Positions 22,603 through 30,182 are shown, counted from the stretch's first letter. The stretch: DNA of 36,593 nt from an uncultured Solirubrobacteraceae bacterium (GCA_902806215.1 CADCVT010000137.1:1-36593), one strand, 5' to 3'. Numbers and translations are program-made. Notes: generated by a model not told the origin, from the sequence alone.

Positions 22603-23553
22603 TCAGGGCGCCACCGGCAGGTCGGTCGCCCCGCTCAGCGCTTCGTAGGTCCGGCGGAGGCCCTCCCCGAAGCCGATCGACGGCCGATACCCGAGGATCT
22701 CCGTCGCGCGCGAGATGTCGGCCAGCGAGTGGCGGACGTCCCCGGTTCGAGGCTCCGCGTGCTCGACATCGACCGTGAGGTTCAGCAGCGCGCCGATCTC
22801 GACGACCACCTCGTTCAGCGTGACGCGCTCGCCACACGCGACGTTGAAGACGCCGCCGCCGGGGGCGCGGCCGCTCATCGCCAGCAGGTTTGCGTCCACC
22901 ACGTTGTCGATGTAGGTGAAGTCGCGCGACTGCTCGCCGTCGCCGAAGATCGTCACGCTGCGGCGGGCCGCGGCGGCCTCGAGGAAGCGCGGGATGACCG
23001 CGGCGTACTGCGAGTTCGGATCCTGGCGCGGCCCGAAGACGTTGAAGTAGCGCAGGGCCACCCCCTCGACGCCGTAGACCTGGCTGAACGAGCGGCAGTA
23101 GCTCTCGCCGGCGAACTTCGCGACCGCGTAGGGCGAGATCGGCGCCACCGGCATGTCCTCGCGCTTCGGGAGCGCTGGGTTGGCGCCGTACACCGACGAC
23201 GACGACGCGTAGACGACGCGCTCGACGCCGGCGTCGCGCGCGGCGAGGAGCACGTTGAGCGTCCCGGTGACGTTGACGGCGTTCGACATCAGCGGGTCCT
23301 GCACGGATCGCGGGACGGACGGGAGCGCCGCCTGGTGGAGGATCAGCTGGCACCCGCGCGTTGCGTTTGCCACGCGCTCGTAGCTCTGGACGTCGCCCTC
23401 GACGAGGTCGACCTCACCGGCCACGTGCGCGAGGTTCTCCCGCCGCCCGGTCGCGAACGAATCGAGGACGCGGACGTCGTGGCCCTCGCGGAGGAGGCGA
23501 TCGACGAGGTGGGATCCGATGAACCCTCCTCCGCCTGTGACGAGCACTTTCAC
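22603..23553 (-). CDS. UDP-N-acetylhexosamine(uronate) C4-epimerase, WbpP/TviC-like extended SDR
   Basis: Track ORF (316 aa, GTG start) starting (M)KVLVTGGGGFIGSHL. Motifs are HQAALPSVPRSVQDP, NAVNVTGTLNVLLAA, YASSSSVYG, SPYAVAKFAGE (Y...K), RYFNVFGPRQDPNSQYAAVIPRF, GDGEQSRDFTYIDNVV and D.RHSLADIS. From memory of the family, this string of motifs matches the WbpP/TviC group closely. Confidence 0.88.
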   Translation of the reverse strand: MKVLVTGGGGFIGSHLVDRLLREGHDVRVLDSFATGRRENLAHVAGEVDLVEGDVQSYERVANATRGCQLILHQAALPSVPRSVQDPLMSNAVNVTGTLNVLLAARDAGVERVVYASSSSVYGANPALPKREDMPVAPISPYAVAKFAGESYCRSFSQVYGVEGVALRYFNVFGPRQDPNSQYAAVIPRFLEAAAARRSVTIFGDGEQSRDFTYIDNVVDANLLAMSGRAPGGGVFNVACGERVTLNEVVVEIGALLNLTVDVEHAEPRTGDVRHSLADISRATEILGYRPSIGFGEGLRRTYEALSGATDLPVAP

Positions 23554-23593
23554 GGCACCCGTTGTACCGCACCCGGCCCCACGTGACGCTACG

Positions 23594-24349
23594 GTGGGCC
23601 GCGTCCTGAGCAGCGAACCGCACCCTCACAACGTCGAATGGACGCCCCGGAAGATCGCGCGGTTCTGGGGCTGGTGGGGCGACCAGATGGGGTCGCAGGC
23701 CTTCTTCAGCCTGACCCACGGCCCGCGGCTGCTCGACATCGCCGGGCGCTCGGTCCGGTTCGACGGCGCCCGCGTGGTCGACGTCGGCTGCGGTCCAGGG
23801 CACCTGCTCGACCACCTGCTCGAACGCGGCGCTCGGTGCTCCGGCGTCGAGGTGGCCGAGACGCTCGTCGCCGAGGCGAACGCCCGCCTCGAGGGGCGCC
23901 CCTGCTTCGAGGGGGTCTCCCAGGGTTCCGTCGACCACCTGCCGCTGCCCGACGGCATCGCCGACGTCGCGTGCTCGCTCGAGGTCGCGGAGCACCTGCT
24001 CGACGACCAGCTCGACGCCCACGTCGCGGAGATGAGGCGGATCCTCCGGCCGGGCGGCCACCTCGTCCTGACCACGCCCAACCGCGAGGACCTGCGTGCC
24101 GAGCACGCGCTGTGCCCGGACTGCGGCGCGGTCTTCCACCGCATCCAGCACGTTCGGGCGTGGACAGCCGAGTCCCTGACCGCCGTCGCCGGCCGCGCCG
24201 GCTTCGAGCCTGTCCGCGTCGTCACGACGGTCATGGCGCCGACACGGACGCAGGTGGTGCTGAACGTCGCCCGCCGGCGGCTGCGGCCTCTGGTCGGGGC
24301 CCCTCGGCTGCCGCTGCCCCAGCTCATCTACATCGGCCGGCGCGACTAG
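23594..24349 (+). CDS. Class I SAM-dependent methyltransferase
   Basis: GTG 23594 is the first in-frame start after the divergent epimerase in track ORF 23519..24349. Motif I is VVDVGCGPGHLLDHL. The rest of the core is DHLPLPDGIADVACSLEVAEHL...RILRPGGHLVLTTPN. A CPDCG..FH segment suggests a small zinc-ribbon-like insert. Confidence 0.8.
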   Translation: MGRVLSSEPHPHNVEWTPRKIARFWGWWGDQMGSQAFFSLTHGPRLLDIAGRSVRFDGARVVDVGCGPGHLLDHLLERGARCSGVEVAETLVAEANARLEGRPCFEGVSQGSVDHLPLPDGIADVACSLEVAEHLLDDQLDAHVAEMRRILRPGGHLVLTTPNREDLRAEHALCPDCGAVFHRIQHVRAWTAESLTAVAGRAGFEPVRVVTTVMAPTRTQVVLNVARRRLRPLVGAPRLPLPQLIYIGRRD

Positions 24350-25680
24350 CGAGCCGCTCCCGAGGCGCGTGGCCTGCGCAGCTGGCCGACGACCGACCGG
24401 ATCACGCCGGGCGGTGGCGGACGGAGCACCGCGCGGACAGGCGTCCCGGTCTGGGCGCGGAGGACCAGCAGCATGAGGCCGGCGAGCGTCCAGTAGGCGA
24501 TGGCCGACGCGATCGCCGCGCCGACGATGCCGAAGGGCGGGATCAGCAGCACGTCCAGGATGATGCTGAGAACCACCACGGACACCGCGGCGAGCGACAC
24601 ACGCGAAGGCGACGCCAGGCGGATGAGCAGCCCCCGCACCGGCCCCTCGATCGCCAGCCCGATCGCCCCGAACGCGAGGATGATCAGCGGCACGACGCTC
24701 TCCGTCCACTCCGATCCGTACAGGATCGCGATCAGGGGATACGCGGCCGCGGCGAGGAGGCTCGCCGCCGCTACCGCTAGCAGCCCCGCGAAGCGCGCCA
24801 GCTGCACGGTGTACTCGATCGCCCCCGCGTCGTCGTCCTCGGTCTGGCGGTTCAGGCCGGCGAGCGCCAGGCTCGACGCCACGAGGAACGCCACCTCTGC
24901 GATCGACGTGGACACGGAGTAGCGGCCTGCGGCGGCGGTTCCGATCAGGACGCCGACGAGCACGATGTCGAGCCGCATGATGAGGAACGCGCCGAGAGCG
25001 GTGGGGTGCAGCCACACCCCGAGGCCGAGCGCCCTCCGCCCCAGCGTGCCGGGCCACATCGGCAGCAGCGACCGCCAACCGACCCGGCGCGCGAGCGCGA
25101 GCGCCACGCCCCCGGTCCCCACGGCGAGCGCTCCCGAGATGACGGCAAGGACCGTGGCGGGCGCTACCGGTCCGACGACGACCTCGAGCAGCACCAGGGT
25201 TCCGAGCTGGACGCCCGCGCTGAACGCCATGGCGAGCCCGTAGGGCACCACGCCTCCGATGCGAAGGAGCACCGAGGCCCAGAGGAAGCTCGCCGAGGCG
25301 AGCGGGACGCCGGTTGCGGCGATGGCCAGCTCGGACACCGAGACGCCCTCGGGCAGGGCGGGGCGGATCGCCACTGCGAGCGCCGCATAGCCGACGAGCC
25401 CGACCGCGCCGACGAGCGCGCAGCCCGAGGAGGTCAGCCGCACGGCGGTCGGCGCGTCGAGCTCGCGCCGTGCCAGCAGTCTGCCGATCCCGCTCTCGAC
25501 CGACAGGTGCGTGGCGGTGCTGAGGATCGCCGCGAAGGTCGCGGGCAGGACGTACTCGCCGCGTCCAGCAGGACCCAGCACGCGGGCCGCCGCGACGTTG
25601 AAGCCGAACAGCAGCGCGAACTGCAGCAGCCGCAGGCCGATGAGCGCCGCGCTGCGCGATACGCCGTTGGGCGCCATCAT
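24346..25680 (-). CDS. Wzx-type oligosaccharide flippase (MOP superfamily, polysaccharide biosynthesis protein)
   Basis: ATG 25680 (MMAPNGVSRSAALIGLRLLQFALLFGFNV...) lies within track ORF 24346..25788; the 36 upstream codons would overlap the divergent methyltransferase. The product has about 12-14 hydrophobic segments, the Polysacc_synt-like N-terminus and a ...GIVGAAIASAIAYW C-terminal helix. Its stop shares a CTAG with the upstream methyltransferase stop. Confidence 0.8.
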   Translation of the reverse strand: MMAPNGVSRSAALIGLRLLQFALLFGFNVAAARVLGPAGRGEYVLPATFAAILSTATHLSVESGIGRLLARRELDAPTAVRLTSSGCALVGAVGLVGYAALAVAIRPALPEGVSVSELAIAATGVPLASASFLWASVLLRIGGVVPYGLAMAFSAGVQLGTLVLLEVVVGPVAPATVLAVISGALAVGTGGVALALARRVGWRSLLPMWPGTLGRRALGLGVWLHPTALGAFLIMRLDIVLVGVLIGTAAAGRYSVSTSIAEVAFLVASSLALAGLNRQTEDDDAGAIEYTVQLARFAGLLAVAAASLLAAAAYPLIAILYGSEWTESVVPLIILAFGAIGLAIEGPVRGLLIRLASPSRVSLAAVSVVVLSIILDVLLIPPFGIVGAAIASAIAYWTLAGLMLLVLRAQTGTPVRAVLRPPPPGVIRSVVGQLRRPRASGAAR

Positions 25681-25687
25681 CGGGAGG

Positions 25688-26542
25688 ATGGCAGCAACGT
25701 CAGAACCGGCGAGAAGCGCGACCGACCTCCTCCACGCAACCCGCCGCCGCGAGCTCGACCTGCTGTTCGGGCGCGTCCCTCCCGGCACGTTCGCGACCGG
25801 CCTGGAGCTCGGTGCCGGGGACGGCTACCAGTCCACGCTCCTGACGCGATGGGTCCGGCGGCTGACCAGCACCGACTACTGGGGGCCGCCGCCCGGCGAG
25901 CCCTCGGACGCGGTCGAGTACCGGCGATGCGACGCGGAGCGGGTGGACGAGGAGCTCCCCGACCGGCGATTCGACCTCGTCTTCTCGTCGAACATGATGG
26001 AGCACGTCCCCGACCCGCAGCGGGTCCTCGACGGCACGAGGCGCGTGATGGCGCCGGGAGCTCTCGCGGTGCACGTGATGCCGACCCCGTTCTGGAAGGC
26101 GACGCACCTCGCGGGGTTCTGGCCGAGCCGCGCGCGGACGGTCATCCGCGCCCTCCGCCGGCGACAGGCTGCGCTGGCCCCGCTGGCGACGGACGTGAAC
26201 AACCCGCACAAGGACGAGGGCTCCCCGCCGCGCCGCGCGCTCCTCGTCCCGCCGCCGCACGGCGCGGACGAGAACACGCTGGCCGAGCTCTGGCGATTCA
26301 GCCGGCGGCGCTGGCGCAGCGAGTTCGAGCGGGCCGGTTACGTGGTGGTGGCCGAGATCGCCGGCCCCGTCACGTCGGGGTACGGCTTCGGGCTCGACGC
26401 GACAAGGCGGCGGCTCGAGGTTGCCGGCGTGTCGTCGGAGACCGGGTTCGTGGTACGTCCAGCCGGCGACCCGTCGCCGTACGAGCCCTTCCTGACGGGG
26501 GATGCGCCGCGAACGGGCGCCGCACCCGTGCCGGGCCGCTAA
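25688..26542 (+). CDS. Class I SAM-dependent methyltransferase
   Basis: ATG 25688 (MAATSEPARS...) lies within track ORF 25511..26542. Motif I is GLELGAGDGYQS. The core is RFDLVFSSNMMEHVPDPQRVLDGTRRVMAPGALAVHVMP. The earlier part of the track ORF is antisense to the flippase. Confidence 0.8.
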   Translation: MAATSEPARSATDLLHATRRRELDLLFGRVPPGTFATGLELGAGDGYQSTLLTRWVRRLTSTDYWGPPPGEPSDAVEYRRCDAERVDEELPDRRFDLVFSSNMMEHVPDPQRVLDGTRRVMAPGALAVHVMPTPFWKATHLAGFWPSRARTVIRALRRRQAALAPLATDVNNPHKDEGSPPRRALLVPPPHGADENTLAELWRFSRRRWRSEFERAGYVVVAEIAGPVTSGYGFGLDATRRRLEVAGVSSETGFVVRPAGDPSPYEPFLTGDAPRTGAAPVPGR

Positions 26543-26595
26543 CCTCGACCGACCCGACGTCCTGCTCTAGGTGGGAGCGGCGGAAGCCGTCCTCC

Positions 26596-27633
26596 ATGCC
26601 GCTCGAAGCCCGCCTGCTCACCGGCCTCGCTCTCGCGCTCGCTCTCGTCTACTGGACGACGCCGATCGCGATCCGCGTCGCGCACCGGTTCGAGTTCTAC
26701 GACAAGCCGATCGGCTACAAGGGCCATCGCGCCCCCACGCCCTACCTCGGCGGCAGCGCCGTCGTGCTCGGGTTCGTCGCCACGGTGCTCGCGCTCACCG
26801 GCGACTGGCAGCGCACGACGCCGCTGGTTGCCGGGGTCCTCGTGCTCTGGGTCGTCGGCACCGTCGACGACCGGCGACAGGTCGCGCCGGGCTACCGCGT
26901 GGCCGTCGAGTGCGCCATAGCCGCAGCGCTCTGGGCGACCGACCTCGGCTGGTCGCTCGGCCTGGGAGACGGCGTCGACTTGGTCGTCACGACGCTCTGG
27001 ATCGTCGGCGTCGTCAACGCCTTCAACCTGTTCGACAACCTCGATGGCGCGGCCAGCACGATGGCGCTCGTCGTCGCGTCCGCCGTGGCCGTCCTCGGCG
27101 TCGTCGACGGTGACGTCTGGGTCGCCGTCACGGCCGCCGCGCTGTGCGGTGCGTGCATCGGCTTCCTCCCGCACAACTTGGCGCTGCCCGGCGCCCGCAT
27201 CTTCCTCGGCGACGGCGGCAGCATGCCTGTCGGCTTCGCCGTGGCGGCGCTCGTGATGATCGGCGCGTCGAGCGCGGCGGCAGAGTGGCAAGCGCTCGTC
27301 CTGGGGCTGCTGCTCGTCGGCATCCCGGCCCTGGACACGACGCTTGTCGTCGTCTCGCGCCGTCGCCGCGGGATCTCGCTGCTCACCGGTGGGCGCGACC
27401 ACCTCACGCACCGCACGCTCGAGCGCGTCCGCACGGCCCGCGCCGTCGCGGTCGCCCTCGGCGGCACGCAGGCGCTGCTGGCGGCCCTGGCGATCGTCTC
27501 GGTCCGCGGGGGATCCTTGCTGCTCGTCGTCGCCGTCGCGCTCTACCTCGCGGGGGTCGTCACTGCGATCGCCGTCCTCGACGCGCCGGGTGCCAGGCCG
27601 GAGCCGACCGGGGCGCGGCCGGGCGCGACGTCG
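26596..27633 (+). other. PNPT (Glycos_transf_4, WecA/WbpL/TagO-like) domain of the fusion ORF
   Basis: Motifs are VGTVDDRRQ (Asp-Asp at about codons 91-92), NAFNLFDNLDG (27016-27048), FLGDGGSMPVGF (from 27208) and LLTGGRDHLTHRTLER. About 10-11 hydrophobic segments are present. The domain ends in a Pro/Gly/Ala linker, GARPEPTGARPGATS. Confidence 0.85.
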
Positions 27634-29625
27634 ATGGAGGCGCCCGGCCGCGGGCCGCTCCTCCCGTGGGCGGCGCTCGCGCTCGCGCCGCTCGGGCTCG
27701 CCATGGCGCTCAGCCCATTCGCGGGCGGCTTCTACGACTCGGACGTGTGGACGCCCGCGGGGGTCGTCCTGTGCATCCTGCTGATCACGACGATCGTCGC
27801 TCGGACCGGCACGCTGCCGCGGCCCGCCATCGCCGCCGTCGGGCTGCTCGCGGCGCTCGCGGCCTGGTCGCTGGCCTCGGCGAGCTGGGCGGACTCGGTG
27901 GAGCAGGCCGTCGTCACCGGAAACCGCTGGGCGGTCTACGCGGTCCTCCTGGGGCTGCTCGTCGCGCTCGTCCGGAACGAGCACGCCTTCACCTGGCTGC
28001 TGGCGTCGGTCGCGGTTGGCGTCCTCGTCGTCGCGGCGGTCGTCGTCGCGCGCCTCCTCGACGGCAACGGCGAGGCGCTGCTCATCTCGGGGCGGCTCGA
28101 GGAACCCCTCGGCTACGCCAACGCGCAGGCGAGCGTGTTCCTCCTCGGCCTGTGGCCGTGCATGGCGCTCGCCGAGCAGCGCCGGAGTGCAGCGCTCGCG
28201 GCGGTCGGCATGACCGGCGCGACCCTCCTCGCGGCGATGATCGTGCTGTCCCAGTCGCGCGGCGTCACCATCGCTGCGATCGCGTCGGCCGCAGTCGTGT
28301 TCGCGTTCGTCCCCGGCCGCGTGCGCAGGGCCTTGGCGTTCGGGGTCCTCGGGCTGTGCCTGCTGCCCGCGTTGTCCGCCCTGCTCGACGTGTTCCCGAT
28401 CGGGCTGCGGGGCCGTGTCCCGGCCGACGTCCTGCAGGACGCCGGCACGGTCGCGCTGCTGTCGGCCGGCGCGGCCGGTCTGCTGTGGCTCGCCGCGAGC
28501 GCCGGCGCCGCCCGGCTGCACCGGCTGCAGTCGCCCGCGGTGGCCTGGACGCGGCGGGCGGTCGCGGCGGGGATCGGGCTCGCGGCGCTCCTGGCCGCGC
28601 TCGTGGCGGTCGTGTCGTTCGGCGAGGTCCGCGGCTATGTCGACCGCCAGTACGACGCCTTCGTGACGGTTGGCGGCGCGACCGGCGAGCCGACGGCGTC
28701 GCGTCTGGCCTCGGGCTCGGGCAACCGGTACGACTACTGGCGCATCGCCGTACGCGCCTGGCATGAGGACGAACTGCGCGGGATAGGCGCCGGGAGCTAC
28801 GACCGCCTGTACTTCGCGCAGCGGACCACGACCGAGGACATCCGCCAGCCGCACAGCCTCCAGCTCCAGACGCTGGCCGAGACCGGGCTCGTCGGGCTCC
28901 TCCTGCTCGCCGCGTTCCTGATCGCGGTCGCGGTCGGCGCGAGACGGCACATCGCCGCTGCGCGACGCGTGCGCTCGCGGGCGCCGTTCCTGACGGCGTC
29001 GGTCGGCGTCTTCGTCGCGTGGCTCGTGCACACGAGCGTCGACTGGCTGCACCTGCTCCCCGGCCTCACCGGTATCGCGCTCGCCGCGGCCGCAGTCCTC
29101 CTGGCTCGGCCGGACCACGAGGCCGCGGAGGCGCGGGGCGTCGTCGCGCCCGCGTCGCCGCGGCGGCGGGCGCCGCAGCTGGCCCTCGTCGGGCTCGGCG
29201 CGCTCGCGCTGATGGCGAGTGCGGTCAGCCTCAGCCGGCAGGCGCTCGCCGAGCACTATCGCGATCAGGCGCAGTCGGCGCTCGCGACCCGGCCGGCGGA
29301 GGCGCTCGAGAGGTCCAATCGCTCGCTCCGCCTCGACGCCGACGCGGTGCCGACCTATTACGCCAAGGCCGCCGCGCTGGCGCGGCTGGGCGAGGGCGCG
29401 GCCGCCGAGCGCGTTCTCACGGATGCCACGCGGCGGGAGCCGGCCGACTTCGTGACGTGGGCGCTGCTGGGCGACCTCGCCGTCCGGCGCGGCGACCTGT
29501 CCCGGGCGCAGCGCCACTACCGTCGCGCCTCGAGCCTCAACCCGCGCGACCCGGGGCTGCGGGCGCTGGCCGACGACCCGCGCCTGGCGGCGCAGCGGCT
29601 GGCCGGCGCGGCTCCCACCGGATAG
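26596..29625 (+). CDS. Fusion protein: WecA/MraY-family polyprenyl-phosphate HexNAc-1-phosphate transferase + O-antigen-ligase/Wzy-like polymerase domain + TPR repeats
   Basis: ATG 26596 lies inside the 1539-aa track ORF 25006..29625, whose upstream 530 codons are a shadow over the flippase and methyltransferase genes. There is no in-frame stop from 26596 to the TAG at 29623-29625. The sub-features below list the domain motifs. Confidence 0.85.
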   Translation: MPLEARLLTGLALALALVYWTTPIAIRVAHRFEFYDKPIGYKGHRAPTPYLGGSAVVLGFVATVLALTGDWQRTTPLVAGVLVLWVVGTVDDRRQVAPGYRVAVECAIAAALWATDLGWSLGLGDGVDLVVTTLWIVGVVNAFNLFDNLDGAASTMALVVASAVAVLGVVDGDVWVAVTAAALCGACIGFLPHNLALPGARIFLGDGGSMPVGFAVAALVMIGASSAAAEWQALVLGLLLVGIPALDTTLVVVSRRRRGISLLTGGRDHLTHRTLERVRTARAVAVALGGTQALLAALAIVSVRGGSLLLVVAVALYLAGVVTAIAVLDAPGARPEPTGARPGATSMEAPGRGPLLPWAALALAPLGLAMALSPFAGGFYDSDVWTPAGVVLCILLITTIVARTGTLPRPAIAAVGLLAALAAWSLASASWADSVEQAVVTGNRWAVYAVLLGLLVALVRNEHAFTWLLASVAVGVLVVAAVVVARLLDGNGEALLISGRLEEPLGYANAQASVFLLGLWPCMALAEQRRSAALAAVGMTGATLLAAMIVLSQSRGVTIAAIASAAVVFAFVPGRVRRALAFGVLGLCLLPALSALLDVFPIGLRGRVPADVLQDAGTVALLSAGAAGLLWLAASAGAARLHRLQSPAVAWTRRAVAAGIGLAALLAALVAVVSFGEVRGYVDRQYDAFVTVGGATGEPTASRLASGSGNRYDYWRIAVRAWHEDELRGIGAGSYDRLYFAQRTTTEDIRQPHSLQLQTLAETGLVGLLLLAAFLIAVAVGARRHIAAARRVRSRAPFLTASVGVFVAWLVHTSVDWLHLLPGLTGIALAAAAVLLARPDHEAAEARGVVAPASPRRRAPQLALVGLGALALMASAVSLSRQALAEHYRDQAQSALATRPAEALERSNRSLRLDADAVPTYYAKAAALARLGEGAAAERVLTDATRREPADFVTWALLGDLAVRRGDLSRAQRHYRRASSLNPRDPGLRALADDPRLAAQRLAGAAPTG
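27634..29110 (+). other. O-antigen ligase / Wzy_C-like polytopic domain of the fusion ORF
   Basis: It begins at an internal in-frame ATG (27634, MEAPGRGPLLPWAALALAPLG). Motifs are VLSQSRGVTIAAI, NRYDYWRIAVRAWHEDELRGIGAGSYDRLYF and QPHSLQLQTLAETGLVGLLLLAAF, which are characteristic of the O-antigen ligase/polymerase family. The boundaries are approximate. Confidence 0.8.
29248..29600 (+). other. TPR-like repeats at the C-terminus of the fusion ORF
   Basis: AEHYRDQAQSALATRPAEALERSNRSLRLDADAVPTYYAKAAALARLGEGAAAERVLTDATRREPADFVTWALLGDLAVRRGDLSRAQRHYRRASSLNP reads as about three 34-residue helix-turn-helix repeats with the A/L/G/Y spacing of TPRs. Confidence 0.65.
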
Positions 29626-29662
29626 CGGAGGCGTGTCGCGAGCGAGCGGCCATACTGGACTG

Positions 29663-30172
29663 ATGCGACGCTGCCGCCGGAGCCTGCTTGCCGCCCTCGT
29701 CCTCCTCGCGCTCGGGGTCGCGGACGCCTCGGCGCAGGAGGACGGAGTCACGGTGGACCCGGACTCTCCGAGCGGCAAGGAGTACGCGATCCCGCTGGAC
29801 CGTGCCCGCCGCGACGCCTCGCCAACGCCGCGCGGCGAGGCGCCCCAGGCCCCGCTCTTCGGCGAGGGAGTTGGTGATCGTCCCGCGGGCGGCGACGGCG
29901 GTGCCGCCGCCGCGGGAGGCTCCGCGCCCGGAGCGTCCGGTGACCGCAATGGCGACGGCAGCGCGGGCGACGGCGGGACCGCGGAGGGCGGCGCCGGCGA
30001 GAACGGCTCGGCGGCACCCGGTGACGACGAGGCGACGCCGGAGGCCCTCCGCGCGCAGGTGCCGACGCCCGGTGCCGCGACCGGCACCCTGGCACTCATC
30101 GGCGGAGGCAGCGGGATCGCGCTGCTCGTCGGCGGCCTGGCCGGCCTCGCGCTGCGCCGGCGCTCGCAGTGA
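29663..30172 (+). CDS. Secreted Gly/Ala/Asp-rich protein with C-terminal TM segment and Arg tail (sorting-signal-like)
   Basis: ATG 29663 gives MRRCRRSLLAALVLLALGVADASAQE, a signal peptide; the track start is GTG 29633. The middle is low-complexity. The C-terminus ...VPTPGAATGTLALIGGGSGIALLVGGLAGLALRRRSQ has a motif-TM-basic-tail layout. Third positions are G/C-rich. Confidence 0.55.
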   Translation: MRRCRRSLLAALVLLALGVADASAQEDGVTVDPDSPSGKEYAIPLDRARRDASPTPRGEAPQAPLFGEGVGDRPAGGDGGAAAAGGSAPGASGDRNGDGSAGDGGTAEGGAGENGSAAPGDDEATPEALRAQVPTPGAATGTLALIGGGSGIALLVGGLAGLALRRRSQ

Positions 30173-30182
30173 CGCCGCTGCT

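Noticed and set aside
19919-22648. 909-aa plus-strand ORF, plus the 477-aa minus ORF 20682..22115
   Set aside because: They are out of frame with asnB and antisense to the GT4 gene, with Arg/Pro/Gly-rich products. The asnB and GT4 frames carry the real family motifs.
25006-26595. Upstream 530 codons of the 1539-aa ORF 25006..29625
   Set aside because: This stretch lies over the Wzx gene (antisense) and the 25688..26542 methyltransferase (out of frame), and its product is Arg/Gly/Pro-rich noise. The PNPT domain begins cleanly at ATG 26596.
26539-30099. 1186-aa ORF on the minus strand opposite the fusion gene
   Set aside because: Its translation is an Arg/Pro/Gly/Asp-rich low-complexity string with no motifs. 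It is the antisense shadow of a plus-strand frame with strong family motifs and G/C-rich third positions. This artefact is typical of very GC-rich DNA, where stop codons are rare.
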